A stretch of DNA of 58,136 nt, the filler included, from a bacterium (GTDB lineage Bacteria; CLD3; SB21): NCBI GenBank assembly GCA_013360215.1. It is 4 parts of 4 records of this genome, joined end to end, with 100 filler letters (N's around TTAATTAATTAA, not from the genome) between each part and the next. Parts side by side here need not be neighbours in the genome. Positions count along the whole stretch, not along the records: positions 30,748 to 45,374 come from JABWCP010000045.1; 3 more parts are not named here. One strand, 5' to 3'. The notes beneath the pieces are model-generated. The model had not been told where the DNA came from. It saw nothing but the letters and a program-made list of their open reading frames with translations, and made no database searches. Below, piece by piece: positions 31,113-41,444 of the stretch (position 1 is its first letter; each line of letters opens with the position of its first letter). A program made the translations under genes and the position numbers.

Positions 31113-31760
31113 GTGATTAGTGAAAGAGAAATGCCCATGATTTGCGTTTCAATCGTCGAAGACGATAACGATATTCGCAATGGTATTACCAAATACCTGA
31201 GCAGCCAACCCGGGTTTAAGGTATTATCATCCGATCCGACGGCAGAACTTTTTTTGGCCCGTATGGAAGAAGGGCCGCGCCCGGATATCGTATTGATGGA
31301 TATTCAATTGCCGGGCATGAGCGGCATAGATGGTATTCGCATACTAAAGCGTAAGTGGCCGCAGGTAGATATCGCGATGCTTACCGTGTATCATGACGAA
31401 GAAAAAATTTTTCAATCTTTATGCGCGGGTGCTTCCGGTTATCTTTTGAAAAATACACCCTTGGTTGAGTTGCGGGATGCTTTGACCGAACTGAACGCCG
31501 GCGGTGCGCCGATGTCGCCGCAAATCGCACGTAAAGTGATTCAGTATTTCAGTCCCAAACCCAAAGAAGATGACGTATTGACGGCTAAAGAGCGTCAGGT
31601 AGTCCAGGGTTTGGTGGACGGACTCAGTTATAAACTGATTGCCGCACAGATGAATGTGTCTATTGATGCTATCCGTTTCCACATCAAAAATATCTACAAA
31701 AAACTGCACGTCAACTCCAAAGGCGAGCTCGTCTCCAAGTTTATTCGCGGACAGATTTGA
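31113..31760 (+). CDS. NarL/LuxR-family response regulator
   Basis: IVEDD, DIVLMDIQLPG, GYLLK, LTAKE..LVDGLSYKLIA..HIKNIYKKL. Confidence 0.93.
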   Translation: MISEREMPMICVSIVEDDNDIRNGITKYLSSQPGFKVLSSDPTAELFLARMEEGPRPDIVLMDIQLPGMSGIDGIRILKRKWPQVDIAMLTVYHDEEKIFQSLCAGASGYLLKNTPLVELRDALTELNAGGAPMSPQIARKVIQYFSPKPKEDDVLTAKERQVVQGLVDGLSYKLIAAQMNVSIDAIRFHIKNIYKKLHVNSKGELVSKFIRGQI

Positions 31761-31957
31761 TTATGAACACGATCATGTAGTGTTTTTTTACTGCACGAAA
31801 GTATTTATTACCATAAATAACTCTCGTGTTCCAAGTGAAAAAATTCTTTCAATTCCTTTCTGTATCGGCCTTTCTCCACCTGTTTCTTTTAGTTATAGTT
31901 GGGGTTCTGATTTATATCCTCATTCTCAGTTTTACCGGCTAACATAAAACCAAGGCA

Positions 31958-32005
31958 CTACATTCAAATACGGTATCGTTTGCGGGAGGCTACATTCAGA
32001 TGTAG
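31958..32005. promoter_or_regulatory. Two CTACAT-N4-ATGTAG-type inverted-repeat sites, 32 bp apart
   Basis: CTACATtcaaATACGG (31958) and CTACATtcagATGTAG (31990), upstream of the TPR-protease operon. Confidence 0.55.
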
Positions 32006-32086
32006 CACTAATGGGTTGTTTTTCTTTTTATCCTATCGTGTACGTGATATCCAAAATCAGTTTCTACATAAAAAAGGTTCATCATT

Positions 32087-32665
32087 ATGAAAATGATAGC
32101 ATGGAGCATTTTGCTTTGTCTGATGACGGCTTGTAGCAGTGGTGGTGCTGGCAAAGAAGATTTATCAAAGGAAGCTCAACAAGCTTTCACTGAAGGAAAT
32201 TACGAAGATGCGTTGGCAAGTTTCTTAAGTCTTGTCGAATCAGATCCTGTAACGGGTTATACCGGTGCGGGTTGGAGCGCGGTGAGGTTGCATGACTACG
32301 CGAATGCCAATGTTTATTTCCAGACAATTGCGGCCGCCAAAGATGCCGATGCCTATGCCGGCTGGAGCCTCACGGGGTGGGCGCTGTCGGATTTTAATTC
32401 CGCGATACAGCGTGCGGATACCGTGCTTTCCAAGGACGCTGATTTTGTGCTAACGTTGGATGACGGGGTTACGGCAGCGGATCTGGTATTGGTTCAGGCA
32501 TTGTGTTATTATGAAAATAATAATTTTTCTATGACGCTTCAAAAAATAAAATTGATAGACAGCGGGTTCAATGCCGACCTCAATGGCTCAGATATTGCAC
32601 AGGTATTGGCGGTTAAGCTGGAGCAGTTATCCGCTCTATTTTCAAAAACGGTGGCGAAAGGGTAA
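32087..32665 (+). CDS. TPR-like lipoprotein
   Basis: Lipobox MTAC; repeated helical AYAGW/GYTGAGW motifs. Confidence 0.65.
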   Translation: MKMIAWSILLCLMTACSSGGAGKEDLSKEAQQAFTEGNYEDALASFLSLVESDPVTGYTGAGWSAVRLHDYANANVYFQTIAAAKDADAYAGWSLTGWALSDFNSAIQRADTVLSKDADFVLTLDDGVTAADLVLVQALCYYENNNFSMTLQKIKLIDSGFNADLNGSDIAQVLAVKLEQLSALFSKTVAKG

Positions 32666-32670
32666 TAATC

Positions 32671-35600
32671 ATGAATTTTTTTACAATACATAAGCACAAT
32701 ACAACACGTATAATAATCTCGAGCGCGTTGATTTTATTTTTCGCTTCGACGCTACATGCACAGAGCCGGGTTTCTTTTTTGACAGGGGAATTCGAAAAAA
32801 GTAGTCGTGAGAGCAACGAAGCCTTTCTGCGCCGTACCCTAAGAGCGGCGGAGGAAATATCATTCAAGAGGTTGAGCCGTGAAACAGACCGCTACGGTAA
32901 AACGCACGAGAGCTTCCAAATGATGTACCGTTCGATCCCCGTGGAAGATGCTATCATCAAAGTGCACTCCGACCACCGGGGTATCTATGCCGTCACCGGC
33001 GAAACAGATTTACCGGCACACATTGCGATTACACCTAAAGTAGAAGAAGTACAAGCGCTATCCAAAGCGACAGGAAATATCGGTGCGCAAGCGTACAAAT
33101 GGCAGGATGCACATGAAGAAAAAATATTAAAAGAAGTTACCGATAATCCTCAGGCGAGCTTCTATCCTAAGGCCGAAACAGTTGTCGTCAATATCGCTAA
33201 AGAAGGTGAACGTCCGGATTTTCGCTTGGCGTACAAGTTTGATATTTATGCGTCCAAACCGGTGAGCCGCGATTGGGTATACGTGGATGCATCCTCGGGC
33301 GAAGTGGTTCGAAAAATAAATCGGATATATCATGGAACAGCTACTGGTACCGCGGCTACGCGGTATGCAGGAACACGCACGATCAAAACCGATTCGATCG
33401 CACCCAATCAGTTCCGCCTCAAAGATATGACCCGCGGCAATGGTGTTATTACCTACAATCTCAATCACAGTGTCAATGATGCGGACTCGACACATTTCGT
33501 GGATAACGACAATCAATGGACCGCCGCTGAATACCATAACGGTAACTCGGACGATGGCGCACTTGATGCGCACTGGGGAGCCGGAGTAGTATATGATTAC
33601 TGGAAAAATGTGCATAACCAAAACAGTTGGGATGGTAACAACGCCCCAATGATCAACTTTGTTCATTACAATACTAATTACCCAAACGCTTTTTGGGACG
33701 GTTACTCCGTGCACTACGGGCAGTATCAATCTGTAAATCCGTGGACAGAATTGGATGTCGTCGGGCACGAATTTGGGCACGGCCTTATGTTTGGGCTATC
33801 CAATCTGAATTATTCAGGAGAAGGGAAAGCGCTGCATGAAGGATGTGCTGATATTTGGGGGGCTCTGGTTGATAACTACGGTAATCAACAATTTGGCATG
33901 AACCGCGACGTGTGGGTATTCTCTGAATCTATTGCCTCATCGAGAGATTTCAATTTTTTGATGACTTATAAATCCATTGATTGGGATTTTTCGACGGGTG
34001 CTACGGGGCATATCAATGGTCAGGTAGCGCGGTATTGGTTTTACCTATTAGTCAATGGAGGTTCCGGTGCGAATAAATTTGGAATAAATTATAATATAAC
34101 ACCGATAGGAATCTCAGAAGCAGAAAAAATATTTTATCAGGCGTTCAAACAATATGTGACGCCCAATTCCAATTTTTCTGATTTCAGACAAGCGACCGAA
34201 CTTGCTGCTCAGGATGTCAATTCTGCACATGTGGCTACGGTCAAAGCCGCATGGGATGCCGTGGGCGTGCCCGGCGTAGTGGGGGCTACTATAGGCTGTA
34301 TGCCATCCGGCACACAGCAAGGTAATATTCAGATTGATTATGTCTCTATCAGCAATAAAGGCGAATTCCCGGTCAATCCGGGATGGTCTTCGGGTGGATA
34401 CATCAAGAAGAACTATGTATTCAATTTGATCCTCGGTAAAAAAGTGAAAATGATGATTTCTTATCCTGACGCCACGGCAAAACATTATGCGATGTGGATG
34501 GATATAGATCGCGACGGTCAATTTGAGGAACCTTCCGAACGACTAGCCGGAGGAACTGTATCGGCCTCTTCATCGGCCGATTCGATTCAGTTACCAATAT
34601 TGCTTGGTGGTTCATCGTCCTATGGTACTGTGCCGGTTCGATTAGCCGTTAGCGCCAATCCAATCGCAGGCGCTTGCGACGATGTCGTCGGCGAGGTGGA
34701 AGACTTTACTGCGTATTTGAGTCCACCGCAGGTGATTGACGGCTATCAACTTAATATCGGTGCTAATGCGGATTCTGAACTTATCGGAAAATTTAAAATA
34801 GGTTCGCTTGAGAGCCCGGTATTGTTTTATCCAAGCGATGGCTTTAAGAATCTTGCAGGATCAAATCTCTTAAACGATGCCGGATACACTTTATGGGCAT
34901 TTGCCGGAGAGTCCTATTCTGTGAATTTTTCTGTTTTTAGATTTTCAGAGTCTGCTATTCTGGCTTCCTATATAGAACATTTTAGCGTATGGATAGATTT
35001 TGATGCCAATAAAGTATTTGACGCCGATGAATTAGTTTTTCAGGGAAGCGGACAGGATTCAGCCGTTGGTTACATAAAAATACCTGCGTTTATAACGCCC
35101 GCTGATTCGAGGATGCGTGTCCTCATGAGTCGCGGTACGCCTGTCATGGATCCTTACGTTACACCGGATTATGGTGAAGTTGCTGATTATAATGTTCGTT
35201 TTTTTGCAAATCCGCTAACAGCCGATGGATACAAAGCGCCGCGTGGAAATTGTTGGCATACTTATGTTACACTGCCCGAATATTTGATAACGGATTCAAT
35301 TACTATCGGCTCATTGACCATGCAAACAGGTCGCATAAAGGACGGTGGATATCATGATCTCATGGCAGCCTCCACACTAACGGTTCCTTTGAATTCAACG
35401 CAAGCCTCTGTGCGTTTGACGCCATTCATAGATCCCAATTTGCAAGCCGTAGACTCGGTGCATTATAATATTTGGGTGGATTACAATGGCGATAAAGATT
35501 TTAATGATGCCGGTGAGCATGCATTTTATCACTACGGGAGATCCAAAGCCAACGGGGTTTTAACGATACCCGTCGGTCTTGCAGCTGGCTTAAGTACACG

Positions 35601-37731
35601 TATGCGCCTCAGTATAAGTTATTTCCAAAATCATGTTAATGCGGATTCTCTGGTTGCGTTTGGTCAGATCATGGATTTAGGTTTTGCGATTCAGGCACCG
35701 TTCACACGCTCAACACCTTTGGTTAATATTAATCTCAATGAGGATTTTGGAACAGCGACGGCGGTGATTCTAAAAAATGGTCTCTCAGGAAATACCACGG
35801 GACTTTCTTTTAATGCGTCAGCTTTATCCGGAGGCGTCACCGTCAATCGGAGCGTGGACACCATTCGTATCGCGAGCGTAGCCGATTTTAACGGTCAAGT
35901 CAAAATCGCGATGACAACTTCGGACGGTAGCTATACACTGTACGACACGATCACCGTCACCGTCAACCCCGTCAATGATGCGCCGTATGTTAGCGCGGGT
36001 GTTCGTGATACAATGCTTAACGAGGACGTACCGAAAACTTTTCTGATGCGCATGAGTGATCATTTTTCGGATGTGGATCAGGATGCGCTTACGATTCAAT
36101 CGAATGTGTTGTCGGGTAGCGCGCAGATCACAGTAAGCGATGATTCTCTGTATATTGAACCGGCGATAAATTTCAACGGAGATGTGGTCGTCGAACTTAT
36201 GGCGTCGGATGGCGATTTGTCCGTATCGGATACGTTTATTGTGCAAGTGACTCCCATACAAGACGCCCCGTATCGTGTGACAGCGTTGCGCGATACGTCA
36301 TTTAATGAAGATGTGAGTAATCAGTTGGTTACTAAACTCACATCATATTTTTCCGATCCGGATAATGATCTTCTGACGTACAACGTACTGATAGTATCCG
36401 GTATCGTATCGGCACGTATAGGTCAGGACTCTCTGTACATCACTGCACAAGCCGATGCTACGGGTCCAAGCTCACTGCGCATTTCGGCCACAGACGGAAA
36501 TACATCCGTGTATGACACGATCACCGTCACGGTGACGCCCGTCAATGATGCACCGCTATTAGCCTTAGCTTTGCGTGATACGACATTGTCACAGACTTTT
36601 ACGCGGGCGTTTATTGAAAAGCTGACCGATAATTTTACCGACGTGGATAATGGCACGCTACAGTATTCGGTTACATCGCTGACGAGCGGGCTGACCGCTT
36701 CGCTGGGCAATGACTCGATCTATGTTACCGGTTCTAATCTGGCTACCGGCACGGCTAAAATCGCCGTACAAGCCAGTGACGGATCATTAACGGCTAACGA
36801 CACATTACAGATAACGATCATCGACGTGACTGCACCATCGGGTTTTGTTGCAGCATTGGCATCACCATTGCTTCCGCGCGTTCGCTTTACGGTCGGCGGT
36901 AATGAAATATTGAATAGCGCCGCATTAACGGTCAATAATGCGTCGGTCACGCTTACCAAGCGGGACAGCAAACGTTATTCCGGTCAATACGATCTCACGA
37001 CGCTGCCGACGTCACTCACCGTGGTTGGCACGGTCACGGATTTGGGTAATAACGTGAGTCCGGCGATCAATCGTACGATTCAGGTGAGCACGCTCAGCAA
37101 ACCGCTGGCGATCCATGGTTTCGAACTCGCACGGGTTTCAGGGGCAAAAGAGAGTATCGTACTGGTAAGCGAAGAAGAAATCGGCATGAATAAATCAGAT
37201 GCGACAATGCAAGCCGTGACGATCAGTTTTGATGAAACGATGACGATTCGTCTGTCCGCGCCTGTACAACATCGGGACAAAGGCCGGTATCGCATCGTGC
37301 GGTGGACGGATGAAGAAAAATATCCCGACTATTCGATGATTTCCGTCTGGCAGGAATGCACGATGCAATACAAAGCTGGCGTGGTCATAACGACGATAGA
37401 AAAGTCCGGCACGTATGCGTTGGTCTACGATTCCGAAGCCGAGGTATTGCCGACGGAGTTTGTGCTCAATCAAAATTATCCCAACCCGTTTAACCCGACG
37501 ACGACGATTCGTTACGATATTGCGGTGTCAGGGCAAGTGTCGCTTATCGTCTATAATCTGCTCGGGCAAAAGGTGCGTACGCTGATCAATGGTTATGCGC
37601 CGCAAGGAACGTATCGTTTGCAATGGGATGGTAATAATGATATGGGCCAACGCGTTTCATCCGGTGTGTATCTTTACCGCCTGGAATCCGGAGGAAAACG
37701 ATTCACTAAGCGTATGATGTTCTTGAAATAG
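32671..37731 (+). CDS. Secreted M4 (thermolysin-family) metalloprotease with FTP/PepSY propeptide, GEVED domains, cadherin/Big_9 repeats and C-terminal sorting domain
   Basis: DAHWGA, NAFWDG, HEFGH, ALHEGCADI, GHING; GEVEDF/GEVADY; VNDAP repeats; LNQNYPNPFNP. Confidence 0.9.
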   Translation: MNFFTIHKHNTTRIIISSALILFFASTLHAQSRVSFLTGEFEKSSRESNEAFLRRTLRAAEEISFKRLSRETDRYGKTHESFQMMYRSIPVEDAIIKVHSDHRGIYAVTGETDLPAHIAITPKVEEVQALSKATGNIGAQAYKWQDAHEEKILKEVTDNPQASFYPKAETVVVNIAKEGERPDFRLAYKFDIYASKPVSRDWVYVDASSGEVVRKINRIYHGTATGTAATRYAGTRTIKTDSIAPNQFRLKDMTRGNGVITYNLNHSVNDADSTHFVDNDNQWTAAEYHNGNSDDGALDAHWGAGVVYDYWKNVHNQNSWDGNNAPMINFVHYNTNYPNAFWDGYSVHYGQYQSVNPWTELDVVGHEFGHGLMFGLSNLNYSGEGKALHEGCADIWGALVDNYGNQQFGMNRDVWVFSESIASSRDFNFLMTYKSIDWDFSTGATGHINGQVARYWFYLLVNGGSGANKFGINYNITPIGISEAEKIFYQAFKQYVTPNSNFSDFRQATELAAQDVNSAHVATVKAAWDAVGVPGVVGATIGCMPSGTQQGNIQIDYVSISNKGEFPVNPGWSSGGYIKKNYVFNLILGKKVKMMISYPDATAKHYAMWMDIDRDGQFEEPSERLAGGTVSASSSADSIQLPILLGGSSSYGTVPVRLAVSANPIAGACDDVVGEVEDFTAYLSPPQVIDGYQLNIGANADSELIGKFKIGSLESPVLFYPSDGFKNLAGSNLLNDAGYTLWAFAGESYSVNFSVFRFSESAILASYIEHFSVWIDFDANKVFDADELVFQGSGQDSAVGYIKIPAFITPADSRMRVLMSRGTPVMDPYVTPDYGEVADYNVRFFANPLTADGYKAPRGNCWHTYVTLPEYLITDSITIGSLTMQTGRIKDGGYHDLMAASTLTVPLNSTQASVRLTPFIDPNLQAVDSVHYNIWVDYNGDKDFNDAGEHAFYHYGRSKANGVLTIPVGLAAGLSTRMRLSISYFQNHVNADSLVAFGQIMDLGFAIQAPFTRSTPLVNINLNEDFGTATAVILKNGLSGNTTGLSFNASALSGGVTVNRSVDTIRIASVADFNGQVKIAMTTSDGSYTLYDTITVTVNPVNDAPYVSAGVRDTMLNEDVPKTFLMRMSDHFSDVDQDALTIQSNVLSGSAQITVSDDSLYIEPAINFNGDVVVELMASDGDLSVSDTFIVQVTPIQDAPYRVTALRDTSFNEDVSNQLVTKLTSYFSDPDNDLLTYNVLIVSGIVSARIGQDSLYITAQADATGPSSLRISATDGNTSVYDTITVTVTPVNDAPLLALALRDTTLSQTFTRAFIEKLTDNFTDVDNGTLQYSVTSLTSGLTASLGNDSIYVTGSNLATGTAKIAVQASDGSLTANDTLQITIIDVTAPSGFVAALASPLLPRVRFTVGGNEILNSAALTVNNASVTLTKRDSKRYSGQYDLTTLPTSLTVVGTVTDLGNNVSPAINRTIQVSTLSKPLAIHGFELARVSGAKESIVLVSEEEIGMNKSDATMQAVTISFDETMTIRLSAPVQHRDKGRYRIVRWTDEEKYPDYSMISVWQECTMQYKAGVVITTIEKSGTYALVYDSEAEVLPTEFVLNQNYPNPFNPTTTIRYDIAVSGQVSLIVYNLLGQKVRTLINGYAPQGTYRLQWDGNNDMGQRVSSGVYLYRLESGGKRFTKRMMFLK

Positions 37732-37820
37732 TGAATGTTTAGTACGGTTCACGTTTGAAGGCATGAGGTTTCCTGTAAAAAACCTTTGGATTCAGATGGT
37801 TTATAAAAAGCAGAGGAAAA

Positions 37821-38510
37821 ATGAAGTGGTTTAAGAGATTAGTGTTTTTGAGTATGGTGTTATTTTTCGGATTATCACTGCAAGCGCAAGAGGATGGGGA
37901 AAGCAACGATGCCGGACATCCTAAAACAAAATTCGGAATCGGTATTTCGATTGGAACGAATACGCACCGGTTTGGTGATGATGAAGATTACAAATTCTAC
38001 AAAACCGGGGCGGTTATGGGTATTTATGTGCCCATTAATATCAATGGCAAGTGGCGCATGGAACCGGAAGTAAGTTTTAATACGATGTCCGGTAAAATAA
38101 ATAGTGAAGAAGGAATTTATTCTTATTCATCCAGCTCGACGTTGAAAATATCACGATATGGCGTGGGTGTTCTTTACCGCAAAAAACGAGAACAGACAGA
38201 AACCTATCTTGGCGTACGCTTTGGTAAAGCCTTTGTAGAAGACAAAAGTAGCTCTTCGTACGAAGAACCTGGTTATGAGAATGCCCGTAGTGAAAAACGG
38301 AATAGATCCGACTTGTATCTCGGACCGGTGGCGGGTGGTGAATATTATTTTTCTCCTTTTTTTAGTATTGGCGGCGAAGCGCAGGTGATCTATACGAAAG
38401 TCGGTCGAACTTATGGTGATGAATACGAGGATGATGAAGACGGTAATATTGACTTCGATGTTCATGCGTGGGATACACGTGCTCATTTGTTTGTCCGATG
38501 GTATTTTTAA
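37821..38510 (+). CDS. Outer-membrane beta-barrel protein
   Basis: Signal peptide, amphipathic strands, GGEYYFS, terminal RWYF. Confidence 0.8.
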   Translation: MKWFKRLVFLSMVLFFGLSLQAQEDGESNDAGHPKTKFGIGISIGTNTHRFGDDEDYKFYKTGAVMGIYVPININGKWRMEPEVSFNTMSGKINSEEGIYSYSSSSTLKISRYGVGVLYRKKREQTETYLGVRFGKAFVEDKSSSSYEEPGYENARSEKRNRSDLYLGPVAGGEYYFSPFFSIGGEAQVIYTKVGRTYGDEYEDDEDGNIDFDVHAWDTRAHLFVRWYF

Positions 38511-38576
38511 AGCATGGGATTATCGTGAACGGATTCTTTTTATTAAGAATAAATTAACCCACTCTCAATGAGAACC

Positions 38577-38619
38577 GGCGGCGTGAACGGGTAGTAACCT
38601 CAGTAACGCCGTTTTTTTT
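38577..38619 (+). terminator. Possible intrinsic terminator
   Basis: CGGCGT...ACGCCG followed by T8; the loop is long. Confidence 0.45.
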
Positions 38620-38813
38620 ATTACCGATGAAAAAACCACATTGTCATGCAGTAGTGTTTCGAAAGGATTAACTCTAAATTATCAGAGCAAATTTTATGAA
38701 AATAGCAAAATAAGCAGGCAACATGGATTTACAATCACCGATGATACAGACGATACTGGTTATTGCCTCGGGCCTTTTGATGATAGGATTGATACTGACG
38801 CTGATTGTTAGTT

Positions 38814-39287
38814 TTACCGGGTAAGTTGAGTTATGTGCGACTCATTTACCGAAATACCCAAATCCGTTTCAATCATCGCGACACGTTTTAATATTTGCGT
38901 GATCAAATCCATCCAAGCATCATGTATAGCGTCGGAACAATGATTATCCGACGACTCTTTTATAGCCGACAACAAAGCGTTCCCCACGTTACGAAAATTG
39001 ATTACATGTAATCCCAGCATGTGACCCTTTTCTATCACCGCATACAATTCATGCCAGGCTCCTTGAGCGTTGGTCGCATTTTTGATCAGGAGCTTCATAA
39101 GATGATCAAAATGTTTTTGTTGTTGATCTGAGCAGAACGGCGTGAGGTGTAAAAACCGCTCATCCAATACGGTCAATCGATTAAAAAATAGAGACGGTAC
39201 GTTTTTTTTCTCTGCAAATCGCGCGTAGCTGGACAAGATTCTTAATACTTTATCTTCGGATGTCAGGAGAGCGGAGGTTATTACCAT
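38814..39287 (-). CDS. Divergent single-domain globin-like protein
   Basis: LFFNRL..LD (B/C helices), KGHMLGL...F..VGNALLSAI, AW..L (H helix). Confidence 0.6.
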   Translation of the reverse strand: MVITSALLTSEDKVLRILSSYARFAEKKNVPSLFFNRLTVLDERFLHLTPFCSDQQQKHFDHLMKLLIKNATNAQGAWHELYAVIEKGHMLGLHVINFRNVGNALLSAIKESSDNHCSDAIHDAWMDLITQILKRVAMIETDLGISVNESHITQLTR

Positions 39288-39541
39288 GTTTTCTTTGATG
39301 GAATAATTAATGGGATAAAAATACGTTTCTTTGGGCAGAGTATAAAAAAGAGTGGTGCGGTCGGTAAACTACATGAACATGCAGGACTGCAAATCCCGGA
39401 TACGGCACATGAATATAAAAATCATCAAACTATTCCCGGCTGGCTCTTGCACTTTTGATGCCTGCGTGTTATGTTGTCCCGATGTAGCAGATTAGACAGG
39501 TAAAGTCATGTTATTCATTCTTGGAAAGGTGTTAATGTTAT

Positions 39542-41377
39542 ATGGCCGCTGAATCGGTCTTGAATCTGGACGAAGTAACGATCCGCTTAGCCGGTGACTC
39601 CGGTGATGGTATGCAGCTTGTCGGTACGGAATTGACGAATGCATCGGCGTTGCTCGGTAACGATGTCGGCACACTGCCGGATTACCCCGCGGAAATTCGT
39701 GCACCCGCCGGTACATTGCCCGGTGTGAGTGGTTTCCAATTGCACATCGGAAGTTTTGATATCCATACGCCCGGCGATGAAGTGGACGTCCTAGTCGCGA
39801 TGAATCCCGCCGCGCTTAAAGCCAATATCAAATCCCTCAAACCCAACGGCGTATTGATCGTCAATGCGGAATCGTTTGGCGAACGCGATCTGAAACTGGC
39901 CAACTGTGCGACCAATCCGCTCGAGGACGGTACGGTGGACGGTTATCAGCTTTTTAGAGTGGATATGTCGTCTCATACCAAAGCGGCGCTCAAAGATACG
40001 GGGCTTGATCACAAATCCATGGAGCGTTGCAAAAATTTTTTTTCACTCGGCATGATAGCCTGGTTGTACAATCGTCCGATGGACGGTACGATCAAATTTC
40101 TTAAAGAAAAATTTGCCAAAAAGCCTTTACTCGCCGAGTCCAATATCCTCGCTATGAAAGCGGGTTATGCGTATTGCGAAGCGACAGAAGCCTTTGCTAA
40201 TTCGTATGAAATCCCTCCGGCCAAGTTACCCGCCGGAAAATATCGCAATATCAGCGGAAACGAAGCGATCGCTTTAGGTTTTGTAGCGGCTTCTCAAAAA
40301 TCGGGATTGGAATTGTTTTTAGGTTCGTACCCGATCACGCCGGCCAGCGATATTTTGCACGGTCTTGCGAAGTATAAAAATTTTGGCGTTAAAACGTTTC
40401 AGGCCGAAGATGAAATCGCGGCGATATGCGCAGCGATCGGCGCTTCATTTGCCGGTGAACTTGGCATCACGAGTACGTCCGGCCCCGGTGTCTGTCTCAA
40501 AAGCGAAGCTATAGGTCTTGCCGTGATGACCGAGCTTCCGCTGGTCGTGATCAATGTACAACGCGCCGGTCCGAGCACAGGGCTTCCTACCAAAACCGAA
40601 CAGTCCGATCTTTTGCAAGCGATGTTTGGACGTAACGGTGAATCGCCCGTGCCCATCATTGCGGCTTCGCGTCCGGCCGATTGTTTTGAATGCGCCTACG
40701 AAGCAGCACGCATTGCAGTCAAATATATGACGCCGGTATTTCTGCTCGCCGACGGATATATCGGTAATGGCGCCGAACCGTGGCTCATTCCCGATTCCGA
40801 TAAACTCAACGAATTTTCTGCGCATCGGACGTTCACCGGTGAAAAGTTTACGCCGTATGTTCGCGATGAAAAAACGCTTGCACGCCCGTGGATTGTACCG
40901 GGTACGCCGGGATTCGAACATCGTATCGGCGGCTTGGAGAAAAAAAATATCGCCGGTACGGTCAATTACGAACCGGAAAATCATGATTATATGGTGCGCA
41001 TTCGCGGCGAAAAAGTGAAACGTATCGCGCAGGAGTGGAATCCGTTATCAATAGACGGACCGGACTCGGGTGATCTTTTGGTGATCGGTTGGGGCGGTAC
41101 CTACGGCGCAATTCGTACAGCCGTTGATCGAAGCCGCGAAAAAGGATTGAGCGTGTCCCGTATTCATCTGCGTTGGATCAATCCGTTTCCGCAAGATCTT
41201 GGCGCGATTCTCAAACGATTCAAACATGTACTGATTCCTGAAATCAATCTCGGCCAACTCCGCATGTTGATCCGTGCGGAATATCTCGTGGATGCGATCG
41301 GACTCAATAAGGTGACCGGTCAGCCGTTTAGCGTACGTGAAATCGAAAATAAAATTACGGAAATTTTAAAGAAATAA
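39542..41377 (+). CDS. korA: 2-oxoacid:ferredoxin oxidoreductase subunit alpha
   Basis: AGDSGDGMQL, SYPITPAS, QAEDEIAA, TSGPG, QRAGPSTGLPTK. Confidence 0.93.
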   Translation: MAAESVLNLDEVTIRLAGDSGDGMQLVGTELTNASALLGNDVGTLPDYPAEIRAPAGTLPGVSGFQLHIGSFDIHTPGDEVDVLVAMNPAALKANIKSLKPNGVLIVNAESFGERDLKLANCATNPLEDGTVDGYQLFRVDMSSHTKAALKDTGLDHKSMERCKNFFSLGMIAWLYNRPMDGTIKFLKEKFAKKPLLAESNILAMKAGYAYCEATEAFANSYEIPPAKLPAGKYRNISGNEAIALGFVAASQKSGLELFLGSYPITPASDILHGLAKYKNFGVKTFQAEDEIAAICAAIGASFAGELGITSTSGPGVCLKSEAIGLAVMTELPLVVINVQRAGPSTGLPTKTEQSDLLQAMFGRNGESPVPIIAASRPADCFECAYEAARIAVKYMTPVFLLADGYIGNGAEPWLIPDSDKLNEFSAHRTFTGEKFTPYVRDEKTLARPWIVPGTPGFEHRIGGLEKKNIAGTVNYEPENHDYMVRIRGEKVKRIAQEWNPLSIDGPDSGDLLVIGWGGTYGAIRTAVDRSREKGLSVSRIHLRWINPFPQDLGAILKRFKHVLIPEINLGQLRMLIRAEYLVDAIGLNKVTGQPFSVREIENKITEILKK

Positions 41378-41444
41378 TTTTTCTGCCCGATCGTTGTTAA
41401 TAACGTCGCGGTGCAGAGTTAAGAAAAAGAAGCAGGTTTATACG

